A stretch of 64,000 nucleotides of DNA. Origin: Klebsormidium nitens. Lineage: Eukaryota; Plantae; Klebsormidiophyceae. The notes beneath the pieces are model-generated. The model saw only the letters and a list, made by a program, of their open reading frames with translations, made no database searches and was not told where the DNA came from. A program made the translations under genes and the position numbers. The stretch lies in NCBI GenBank assembly GCA_000708835.1, contig DF236980.1, positions 1-64,000 of the forward strand, read 5' to 3'. Positions 36,831 to 48,016 of this stretch are shown piece after piece. Within the stretch, counting starts at the first letter, position 1, and each line of letters begins with the position of its first letter.

Positions 36831-39054
36831 CTGTAGCCGAAAAAGGACGAGTGTGAGGTACAGTCTTCAACTCATAGGATCCCACAGAAGGGCTGTATAA
36901 ACAAGAGCTGCATGTTTCAGCAAGTGGGAACAAGCACCGCCTTGCCAGCTGGACAAACATAGCAACGATGACCAAGCATAGCAGACATCAGGAAGCTGGT
37001 AGTAAGCGGGAGCAGGTGAAAGAATCCTTGAGAAGATAGATGAGTAAGGAGGGCAGAAGAGTATGTAGCAGCACCTCACAAATTTGGCCCAGCGCTGATT
37101 GCGAATGTTACTACATGCAACCTGAAAATCTTCAACATGCAACCAGATCAATCGATCTGGCACAGGAAAAGGACCACAGTCTCACCTGCAGCTTCTCCTT
37201 GGCGAAGGCAGCCCTCTTCTTGGCAGCCAGCGCGTACAGCTTCTCCACCTCGCGGTCAGCAAACAGCGGCTCAGGGACGCACACCTCCACCTCAGCTGGT
37301 GCACTGCCGACGGCCTTGAAAGTGTGGAACACCAGGGCCGCTCCAAAGGCCATCTCCTGGCGGATGGTGCCGTCGCAGACGTAACCAGCGAAGGCCGGGG
37401 ATACGCCCCAGGCACCCGCCCCGGCTGCACCGACCTTGCCGTCAGCAGAGAGCGCAAGCGAGAAGCGCCCCGGGTTGAACACCCCGAGCACCTTCTGGAC
37501 CATCTCGTGGGGGGACTGCTCCTGGGGGGCGTACCCGCTCGCCTCAAAGCTGGCATAGGAGAAGGCGTCCTCGGGCGTGATGTGAATCGTGCTGAATGCC
37601 CGGTTCTCGATGCCGTTCATGGAGTAGCCGCAGGGCTCAAAGTCAAAGGCGTCAATCTCGGACCCGGGGAGAATGGTGTCGATCCCAGAGGCGACGGTCA
37701 TGGCCTTGGCGTCGGCGAAGCCGGCGGCCTTGAAGAACTGAGCAGCCTTGGTGCTGTCCAGCTTCTGCATGCACATCTCCAGGGTGAAGGTCGGCTCGGC
37801 GCCGGCCTGGTTTCCCGAGGAGGCGGCCTCGTAGACATGCCAGTTGGGAAACTGGTCCGGTGCGCCGAGGACGTAGGCCTTGCCGCCGGCCCCCAGGTGG
37901 CCAAAGTGCTGCTCCAGGAACTCAATCTCCTGAGCGAAGCTGCCGTGGGGGTAGGGCTGCAAGACAAGGAACCGCCGCAGTCAACATCTATGAATCAACA
38001 CGTTGCTTTCTGACTGACACAGCATCTCCACTTTCTCACCGAACAAGGGCTTTCAGGGGAAAGGGCTTGAAAAACAGAGGAGAGGAAACAAGTAGGGATG
38101 GCTACTTGAGAAGTAGGTCTACAACCGAGTTTTTAACAACTGAAAGACCACTGAAAACAAGATAGAAAAGTCCGCAACCAATACAACCAAGAGAAGTATG
38201 CCGGGAGGACATGTGCTCACAAAATGCAGCTCTGTTCCAATATCTTCACCAGCAGCATGAAACCAGACATATCCAGCATAACAATCCCAGAAGCAAACAG
38301 CAACCTGTCACCAAAAAATAATGAGGGTGGCATGATAAACTGCATACACCAAACCTGCAAAGAGGAAGGGTCTTCCTGTTCGGAGAGTGGTGCAGAATGA
38401 TAACATACACCGTTGCTCTATTACAAGAACTGCACCAAATCCTTACCTGAACTGCAGGGAAGTTGAAGGTCCCCCGGGTGTACTTGACGCGATGTTCCTT
38501 CAGGTCAAGCTCAGCAGCATGCTTGAGGAGGGTGGGAACGGCCTGCAGGAGGAACAGAGGGCGAGCTATGAGATACCAGATACGTGACAGAAGCAGCAAA
38601 AACCCAGTGTGCTTGAACAAAGCGGGGGTAGCATAGTCCTCACCATGCAAAGATCTCCACCAAATGCAGGCAAACCACTACCACTGGCAACACTCAACTC
38701 AATGTGCAAGCAAACAGAACATACATGGAGATGCAGACAATGCAGAGACGCAAGCTTTTCAAGAAAACAACTCACCTTGAGCAGAGCAGTCGTGCCGCAG
38801 GTCTTAATGACCAGCTTGAAGGGGTGGATGAAGAGGCTGGACTCTGAGAGCACGTACGAGTCAAACAGCTCGTTGCTGAGCTGAGACACGATAGTGCACT
38901 CAGCCAAAGTGAGGAGCTCGTCAATCTTGGCGCGGGGCATGTTGCGCAGACCGCGAGGAGAGCATGCTGCACTGGCAGGAGAAAACTCCACTTCCAGGCG
39001 CTTCTCGAAACCCTCAAACCCAGGGGCAGGGAGCATCATTGCGTCGGCACCCAT
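34761..39054 (-). CDS. Bifunctional S-adenosylmethionine decarboxylase - ornithine decarboxylase fusion proenzyme, 6 exons, 869 aa
   Basis: Exons 39054-38776, 38542-38447, 37956-37186, 36830-36581, 36221-35614, 35366-34761 (2610 nt). All introns are GT-AG and phase-consistent. The AdoMetDC exon ends CAG|GTGAGA (phase 0) and the next exon begins tttttcggctacAG|AAG (phase 0), joining ...AKEKLQ to KLHGGSGD... in frame. Confidence 0.85.
37186..39054 (-). other. SAMDC: AdoMetDC (SAMDC) module of the fusion gene, eukaryotic class 2 pyruvoyl enzyme
   Basis: Motifs [19 protein letters not shown] (self-cleavage E71/S72), [30 protein letters not shown] and YASFE. Confidence 0.97.
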
Positions 39055-39211
39055 TGTATGAGTGCGTGTACCTTTGACTATCTAGACGTGCGGCGCAGCG
39101 TGCTCTTTCCTAGGCAGGAGGGGTCGTCTGGACCTGTCTTATACTACTCGACAGCCCGGGCGTTTGCCAGTCTGCAATCCAGCTCCTTATCTAAAAGCTC
39201 CAGGAGGACTA

Positions 39212-39596
39212 TCAGGAGGGTGCCTTCAAGCACTGCAGCAAAAGGGGTAACGGTCAGCAGCACTCGCAAATGGTGGGTTTGTAAGGTAAGAGTCCTTTCT
39301 AGATCAGAAACAATCCACCTGCGTGCATGAAGTGTGCAGAGAGGGTACAGCCAAATGCGATATGCGAAGACGACAACCAAACAAACAGCATCTTTAGGTT
39401 TGCAATGAAACACCTAGCGCATGAACCATCTGCTAATCATTTGACACGCTGCTCTCTGTGTTGAATGACTTACGTTGCTATAAGCAGGAGAGCGGAACTT
39501 CACGACTCCTCCGTCGGGCCTGATATCCTCCAACACGTAACCAAGAGCGGGCTCGTACTGTGAATTACTTGAACTACTATTGTCCTTGCTCTCCAT
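39212..39596 (-). CDS. AdoMetDC leader peptide (conserved small uORF), spliced, 47 aa
   Basis: Exons 39596-39474 and 39232-39212 give MESKDNSSSSNSQYEPALGYVLEDIRPDGGVVKFRSPAYSN|CLKAPS*. This matches the plant AdoMetDC small uORF pattern MESK..SSSS..YE.PLGY.IED.RP.GG..KF.S..YSNC.K.PS. The stop lies 157 nt upstream of the main ATG. Confidence 0.93.
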
Positions 39597-41799
39597 GATT
39601 TTTACCTGCCACGGCAAATCGAGAACCAACATCAGCAGATGTGATAAAAATGGAACAAAGAAGTCATATTGAAGCCACACAACCTTTAACAACAACCGTC
39701 AACTGGTGTATGCCTTTCCCACCTGTCTTGTGTCACACCTCAAGAGTTTCACCTAAGCCTTCACTAGATCCGACAAAGACAATATGCCACAGCCCCTGGA
39801 ACAGCAGAAGTCCTCCACAAAACTTAGCGTGTGCTCAAGATGAGCTGAACCAACAAAAGCACTGGCACCATAATTGACCAATAATCCAAATTAATCCAGA
39901 TTTTTCCTCGAAGGCTTTAAGTTGGAGCATACTTGACCGCACCGCGGAAACAACTCCAACCATGCTGCAACCCTTGACAAGGTCCGACCGACAAAGATGG
40001 TGTGCATGGTCATCTGTATACCCTCAAACCCTTCCCGAGATGCTTGAATCTTGTCCCCGATTTGGATCCAGGTTTGCAAGAAAGCAGCTACAAACGCTCT
40101 CCACTGCTGGCTAATGTAAAGACTCTACTCCCAACCCTCAACAAGCTGACATAAACAAAGATCGGAGCATGCAAGACAACCTCCATCCATGCATTTTCAA
40201 CCCAGCCCCCAAGCAAGCATCTCAGAAGCACGGCATACAAAGAGCAAGCATCTGCAACTCACCAAGTTTGTAAGTTTTTTAGGGTTGAAGGGCTAAACGA
40301 CGCCAGAATTCTCGCTGGCAAGGTCTTGGTCAGGCCCGCTTCTTAGCAACTCAAAAAGATGACTGTATCTCGATTGATTCACTTCCTAAAAGCTCCTTCC
40401 ACGGATGGCAGAGGGTTTCAGAACGATTCAGCTTGCTGTTTGCTGATTGATGGTTGCAGGTTGCGGGCTTCGAGCGCCAGGAAGCAAGATTGCCGAAGAT
40501 GACTGCAGAAGAATGCTGAGAAGTAGTCCTTGTCGAAATGATGTTCTTGAGATTCATCAAGTTCGAACTTGTGGCCCTCTCGTCTCGATACAAGACACGC
40601 AACTCGTGCACCTGCAAACAGAAGTGAGAATGCCCCGTAGGCAGTCTGACGTTGTTTACATCCACTCCCATAGTTCAGCTAGAACCGCTTGTTCACATGC
40701 ATTCCCGCAGGCAAGACACGTGTGGTCAACCGGTACATACCCACCTACCTAGGTGTTCGCGACTAGGTTTTCCGGTACCGTTCGCATAGGGACATATGTT
40801 TGCCATAAGCAAACACTTAGACGTACCGACTGATCACACCGGGCATCCGAAGTGCCCTGTTTCTGCGTTCTAATTTGTCAACATTGGAGGCCCGGATGGT
40901 TATCTCCGAGCGGTCTGCAATCCAATAACGGGACTACGCTAGCAATAGCTAGTTCATAATACATACCGTATACCTACCACGTCCATTTGTCAGAATTCAA
41001 TCATCCACCACAAGTTCCCATCCTTGATTGGCAGCTGGCAGTCGGCCACGCTGGCTGCATATGGCTATGCGCGCGCATCTGTCCACTCTGGACCGTCCGA
41101 TGCTCCCGTATGCTTGGGGAGGTTTCTTCTGTACAAGAAAAGTAAAAGCCGTCCGATGTTCGACATTCCCACCGCCTGACTCGTCGATCGACGGCACCTG
41201 GGGCTCAAGATTTGCCCGTTGCATCTGGCCCACGTGGACGTTCGAAGCTTCTCCCCACGCTAGTCTCCTCGGTCGCTGTCTACGGTACCAATTTCGCAGC
41301 CATGAAGATCCAACCTTGGAATTTTCAAAGTTCAGAGCTCAGCGTTTTGCCTGATTCAGTGATTGACATGATGAGCGACAGCCTAGCTGCTGTGCTTTAC
41401 AAGGTCCCTAGGGAGCAGGGGGCAAGGTCGTCGCTTTCAATCGCACGAGGAAGCTGGTATAGGTAGCTCGTAGGAGCGGCTCTAGGGCGGCTGCGAGCCA
41501 GCTTTGGGCAAGAGCTTCAAGTCGACTGCAGAGGTTGTTTGTTGGACCGACATTTGTGGGGTCCTCGACAGGGGAGTCCTCGCCATTGAAAGAACCGCTG
41601 ACGAAGCCAGATAAACCCTGGGGATGGTCGAGTAGGATAGTGCAGAACAACTCCAAGGGCGTTTTGCCTTTAGCTTAGCAGTCTCCTATTTTGTTGTCTT
41701 TCAAGTCCCAAGTCTCCCCTTTAGCATTCTCCTATCTCGGAGCTTTTTATCTCTAAGAGAAGTCTAGGAGGCGAGCCACTGAGGACAGGAAGCGGTTCC

Positions 41800-43560
41800 A
41801 TGGGGCTGCAGCAGGTGCCGCTTTGGGTGACGCTGCTCCTCACAACCCTCCTGCTAGTTGCACAGGGGCACGCCCTTCCCCGGGAGCTGCGGGCCCCTGA
41901 TGGACGAAAGTTGCAGCAGACAGGCATAGGGCTTGTCTGGCTGGGCACAGCGCCCTTTTGCATCCCCTTCTCGGAAGTGATGCAGGCGTGTGCGCAGCAG
42001 GGGCTCACGTTCGTTAGGGCAGACCCCCGGGGTGACGGTGCGATTTGTGTGACAGGTGCGCCGTGTGGACAATTGCGTGTGTTTGCACCAGCGTTGGCTC
42101 AAGACTTTCACTGCTTCCGCACTGAGATCTGTGGATAACATTTCCAAGAAAGTGCTTTTAGGGTACTGCTCCTGGTGTCCTACTTTCTCTAGCTTTGGTT
42201 GATATGTGTGTTTGGGGCACTCCTGATTTACTACATCTTAGTGGCAGCTCTGGAGTGTTTAGGTTTTGACCAAGTCTACTTTCATTGGCTGTTGCTCACC
42301 ACTGAGAGTCCGCAAACAGTGTTTCAAAATCCATCTTTCCGGTTTACTTAGTGGCGGTCGTTGTATGTACCGTTCCAACAGCTTTGGTGGTGAAAGCAGA
42401 GAGAATTTGTGTGATCACAAACAAACCCTCAAAACAGCACTCCTCTGAAGTTTCCCCCTTTCTGCACTTGCCCTTTTTCAGACGGGGCACCTCTACTTGA
42501 GTTTTGGCAAAACTCTTTTGTGTGCTCCTAAGGGCCACCACTAGGATCCAGAAACTCTTGTTGATGCACTGTACTTTGCAGCGTCTGACTTCGACATTTC
42601 CAGTGCTATGCTATGTGTCCTGGATTCTCGCTGGCTTTTTCGTTTTGTGATTTTAGGCAGAGGGCCTGCGGAACTTGGGGCTTCCTGGTCGGAGATCTTT
42701 GTTTAGGAGAGATCAGAAGGCCAGTCAGTTCCTTTCTACCTGTTGCTTGTTCTCAATCCTGAGGAAGGGGTACTTTGACACTGGACGGAGGCCTTGATTT
42801 TGCCTGTCGCTTCACTTTCATCAAGGCGCTTGCTTTAGAAACTCTTGGGCCGGTTTGCATCTCAGCACCAGAACTCACATCTCTTGCTTCAGACCTCTTA
42901 ACGACTCCGCTTCTCCTGAACCCTTTCCCCCCTGCTTTTGCAGGACAAAAAGTCCTCTGCAGCGGCAACTTATCCCCCCCCACACCAGCTCCCGGTTTAC
43001 TCGTCCCCCCCGCGCCTGCCCCCGCCCCTATCCGAACCCCCTTCTTCGGTTTTCTGCCATCGTTGATCCCCGCACCGGTCCCCGCCCCCGCTCCTGCCCC
43101 AGTTCCTGCCCCCGTCCCTGCCCCCGCTCCCCTAAACTTCACCCTGAGCATTGTGCCTTACGCATTGCCCCCAGCCCCCGTGCCGGCTCCGGTTCCGGCT
43201 CCCGCCCCAGCGCCCCTGATTGCTCCAAATCCTGCCCCCGCGCCCGCGCCTGGTCCCTCCGATTTTGCTCCAATTCCAGCGCCAGCTCCTTTGGAGCCAA
43301 CGCCTGCTCCCGCGCCGCAGTCAACCAACGGTCTAATAGGGCCCAGTCTGCTGACGCCACCTCCTGCAACGGGGACGCCGGCCCCGGTGGTTGTGGCTTC
43401 CCCCCCGTTGCAAAGCACGACGCCTAGTTCGGCAACGACGGGGGCCAGTCCGACTGTGGTGGCGTCTTTGCAAACGATCGTGGGGAGCGACGCGGCTCGC
43501 GGGCCAGGCGTTGTGTGGACACTAGTGTTTGGGTTGGCTGCGCTAGTCTACATTTTGTAG
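41800..43560 (+). CDS. Secreted, probably GPI-anchored chimeric arabinogalactan-type proteoglycan, 2 exons, 290 aa
   Basis: Exons 41800-42055 and 42944-43560. Hydrophobic signal peptide, GRKLQQ motif, small 4-Cys domain (WLGTAPFC...C...GDGAICVTG|QKVLC), long AP/PA/TP/SP-rich region, and a C-terminal hydrophobic tail ([24 protein letters not shown]). Confidence 0.85.
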
Positions 43561-46112
43561 GCAGATTGGCCGTTGCAGGGGTTGGTACCTGAGAAGGTTT
43601 ACGGTGGTGTTGGTCGTGAGCACAATAGTGGACCTCAAGCGAGGGGGGTGGATCTCTGAGGCACAAAAGAGCTCAGTCTTTGAGCTTACATAGGATGTAG
43701 ATGAGGTTACCCAATCTTGAGGCGAGATGTATTATAAACAGGCTGCGAAGCCTCGGACAAGCACGGCCCATTTGCTCATCGACCCTCTTTCTGTTACTGG
43801 ATAATCGATAGCTATGATAGTGCTCGCTTAGTTCTAGGCTTACTGCAGTATGGTGGTTGTACCATACACAAGAATTGGAAGCCTAGCCATCAGAACGGTG
43901 GATACAGGACCTGGTGTGGAGCTTCAGAAGTCCGTTCCAAGGAAGCTATTAATGTTGTCAATCAAGTGGTTTGAGGCGTGTCACAGTGCAGGCTTGCTTG
44001 AAGTGCCGTGCGGTTAGCTTAATTTTAGTATCAGCTTCAGAACCCGCTAGCTTTCAGGTGCAGCCTGAGAACATGAATGCCGTTCCTTTGGTCCTGATAA
44101 CTGCAAACTTCTTTCGAGAGAATTGCGACTGCACCATATGTTCATGCCTATAAACGTACAAGCTGATCTCGATTTCTTGATCTTCGAATGTGATGCAACA
44201 TATACAAGCCACTGTCGGATAAAGCGGCGTGCATACTCAATAATTGCATGGCCGGGCGCGGCTGCATGAATGAGACGTGGGTCAATGTGACCATATATAC
44301 TCGGCGCGCTGCACTGAGGCCCACATGCATGCACGTATACAAATACGAATGGCAGAGCCGGAAGCATTCTCACCACTTGCGGTCCCCAAGATAGCAAGAA
44401 TGATTCTGCATGTCTGAATTGAACAAGTCAGACACTTGTTCCGTCTTCCATGCTTCAATACGAAATAGCTCTCAGATGAAGGGCATGGTGACTATCATAT
44501 ACCATGAGAATCATGAATAATCCACATGCCAAGAAGCAGAAATGGACGCTAATATGTTACCTCAAAGCGGCATCCAATTCAATGAAAGGTCCTGCTAACT
44601 GACTACGTACACTGTAGTTAGTTTTGAGTCCTTTCCTTCTGCTATTTGTTTAACTTGCAAACCTAAGCTCTACTTTGGCTAAGTCCCGAGAAACGTGTTC
44701 TGTGACTCCCACAAGCTTTGCCCAGCAGAGCTACCGCAGACAGAGGTTTGCTTAAGATTAGGCATGTGACACGCAGAATGGGTTGCAACAGCAGCTGCAA
44801 AGCCTTCGTCTCACTGCAAGGTTAAAACCAACGAAACCACTGCACAACCTAGCACGTCATTTCTTCTGAGCCGAGCTGAGGATATTCTTCATACCTGAAA
44901 AGCAGAGCAGAACGTTGATGAGTCCGGGAGTCTTCGAGTTGTCACTGATTGCAGTCAAAGTGTACCCAGGCGAAATGGTATCCAACTGCAGAGCGGGTAG
45001 CTCTGCTGGGCCAGGCGACGGAGAATTTGCTAGTGCCGGCGCTTGCTATTTTCTTCTCTTGTGTTGTTCTGTGTGATCTGTATTAAGGCTGTCTTCAAAT
45101 GCCAACGTTTGTTCAAATGCCTCAAGTCATCAAGTGCCACTGTCAATACTTGAGCCTAGTCAAGATTGGGCCTATGTATTGTTTCATCAGTGCAGACTCA
45201 AATCGTGCACAGGAAGTAGGAAGATTCACGAAGCCTGCGCAGGGTTTCAAAAGGCCGGCGCATGCTGCGCAGGGGTTGCGCAGCTGGGAAGCTGTGCGCT
45301 TTGGCGCAAGGCGAGTAAAATCTCGCCGGCCAGGCTGCGCTCAGCTCGGCGGTTCGAGCGGTCAGACTGATTGCCGTCTGGCCGCACTGATTACAAGAGT
45401 CACGAGCTCAATAATGCAAAAGAAGAGAAAACAAGTGCAAAATACAAGTGTTGCATAATGCAACCTGAGCAAAAAATGTTCTGCAGTCATTCCGAAACTC
45501 AGATGTTTCGAGTTAAACATTACATGCCGATTGAGACGCTTTATACATCGGTTGCGGCAGTCGGTGCATCTCCATGATCGATCCAAGCGTGTCATGCCTG
45601 TGCATGCATGATTGATTCATGCAAATGTGTCAACGTGACCGCACATTTGCATAAATCATTGATATAAGACAAGTAGCTATAGCCGTTGGCTGCACTTAAT
45701 CTTGCCTCGTTCACTCCACCATATCTTGGCCGCAAGCTTTCAATATTGGCATACGAGAAACGGCCGGATTAGATCACGAAAGCAGCATATCACTGTTCGA
45801 TAGTGGCACCTTTGTAGTGCCGTCCAATTGTTTATGCTATTTGCAGCTGCCCATTTGCAGTTTTCTAATACCTGGTCAGTCTCGATCGATTCGCGCTGAA
45901 GTCAAAGAACATTAGCGGCCTCGTCAGCTTTGTATTGCTGTCAACATGTGGGCAAAAGTACAACGAATGCACTCCAGAGACCCAGAAATGAAAGCATGAA
46001 TTGACACCGTCGACACTCATTCAGAACGGCAACAAAGATAGCGAGCTTCTGTACAAAATTCATAGACTTTCAAGTATCTTACACTACTCGAGCGACTGAT
46101 AGTATCGGTTGC

Positions 46113-48016
46113 CTACTTCTTTATCTGCATCGCTCGATTAACGAGTTCGTCCTGGACAAAAGAGCACATTATATGAGTACTGAAGGGCATCTGGCTGATC
46201 GAATTACCTCACCTATTATAGTGCAACTTCAACTTGCAAACGTTGGCATGGACACCAACGGTTCGAGATCGCAACCTCGTATCAGGATGCAACTGTAACC
46301 AAAGCAGACCCCAAAGCAGGAAGCAAAAATGCTACACCAGTAGAACGCCCTCGAGCTACCAATGGATTATAGGACGCCAATGTGGAAGAGATTTCACGGA
46401 ATCCATCCCAGGACGGCCTATGCTCAGAAAACGTGGACCTATGTAAACGGCCTCTCCTGAAAGCCCGACCAAACGAGAATCGACGCGTCACCCGCAGCCA
46501 TCTGGCCTTATGCCTGCACTCTGGTTGCGAACACAGCGATAGACGTCGATCTCTTAGGGAGTAGTTGGACAACTTACCTTCCTTCCTTTCAGAGGGTAGC
46601 CATGCTCTTTCAGCAGAGTTTTTAGTCTCTCAACAGTGAAAGACTGCAACTCTTGTTCCGTGTAATAACCTCCAGGTGATGCGCCATTGGTCTCTGAAGT
46701 CGTGGCAGGAAGGGGGGGCGTCAGGGGCTCGATCAGCTCATTGGGAAACCGCTCAAAGCCGGTCATGTGATTGACACTAGACACAACAAGCAAGCCTTTA
46801 ACCAATACAAAGGGAGTAGTCTGCGCAAGGGCACAACCAGACTACGTGTGATTAGAAAAACTTTGACGATGGGAGGAAAACTGAGTGCAGTGTTATTTGT
46901 GGTCGACCTGGCAACGACGAGCCTTACCTTCTCTACTGCTGCCAATGTTTTGCCTTTTTGCACTCTGCTTCCCCTCCGGTTGCCGGTCAGCGACTCTGCG
47001 GAGACAGCATTTCACCCCATCAGGCGACCTCTTGTAGACTAAGGAGTAGGACGCAGCAAGAATTTTGCCAGAATTTGGCTTGCTTTTCTAGAAGCAACGG
47101 CACATGTCGCAGTGCTAGGTCACAAGCGAAACTGTCCACAAGCTTGATTCGGATACTCGATACAATGAGTTTGATACGGCTGCAGCACTTGGAGTTCAGC
47201 TTTGTGGTGTCCCCCTTGAGATCTGAGGCTGTTCTGAGAAGGTGAACAACCGCGTGGCTCACCGTTTGCCTTTCGCATCGCCCCCGTCTTTGGTCTTGCC
47301 TTTCCGAGCATCTGCAATTCCGCCACCGCCCTTCGCTCGGCCTTTCACATCTTTCCGCAGCGTCAGAGCTCGTATCAGGATATTCGTCGGGTCTGTGGTT
47401 ATAATCTGGTCATCTGCAGAAAAGCACCATGCACACTGCTTTGAGTAGACTGCCGCCAGCACTTCTGCACCGGCGCCTGAAATAAACAACGAGGAAGCAG
47501 CGAGACCGAAGGAGCACTTCGAAACAGGAGAATCGCAGCATTCACGGGTCAATGAACAAGAACATCAGCATTCTGCCCTTTTGTGCTGACAATACTGCGA
47601 ACTTCTGAAGCCCCACGCACCTTACTTAACAATCATTGATCGGCCAATTTGAGAACCAAACAAGAGACAGGGAGTTTACCTGGGGCTTGAGTGTCATGAT
47701 CACATACATATAGGGATGGAGCACCCTGCAAAGGAACGGTGACAGATACTCCCATTACAGATGCACCAAAAGAAAGGGAGTTGAGCGAATCGACGCCCTT
47801 AAGATTCTCAGAACCAGGGACTCAAAAGGCCCAAATGATGAAGAGGGAATGATCAATCACACTAACCAAGAAAGTGCCCGAAGAGGCAAGAACGCAGTTA
47901 GCTGCCATAGAAATATACTACTGCACATGACCCGTAAAAGAGGCTGTTCTGACCTGGACTGGTGGGCCAGCGTGCACAAAGTTGCCTCGGGAAGGAAGAT
48001 CGACAAGTAGCTCCAT
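46113..48016 (-). CDS. DDA1-domain protein with C-terminal SAP domain, 6 exons, 160 aa
   Basis: Exons 48016-47954, 47725-47680, 47413-47263, 46995-46928, 46693-46578, 46151-46113 (483 nt). DDA1-like LVDLPSRGNF...LYVCDHDTQAP|DDQIITTDPTNILIRAL; SAP-like LQSFTVERLKTLLKEHGYPLKGRK|DELVNR. Confidence 0.85.

Noticed and set aside
37132-37962. ORF-track reading of AdoMetDC as a stand-alone gene ending at 37132, with ODC as a separate gene
   Set aside because: A consensus donor at 37185, a phase-matched acceptor at 36831 and the lack of an ATG for the ODC N-terminal exon favour a fusion. Kept only as a possible minor isoform.
35551-38013. Long plus-strand ORFs (35551-36279, 37324-38013) and similar shadows at 570-1256, 7842-8243 and 42855-43427
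   Set aside because: They overlap GC-rich exons of recognisable genes in antisense or alternative frames and show no motifs; expected codon-bias artefacts.
39300-39330. Alternative acceptor at 39319 in the uORF intron giving ...YSN-VDCF*
   Set aside because: The acceptor at 39233 restores the conserved C-x-K-x-PS* ending and is preferred. Minor use cannot be excluded.
44880-45060. Possible minus-strand exon (APALANSPSPGPAELPAL...) with a donor near 44895
   Set aside because: No start, partner exons or homology could be established by eye.
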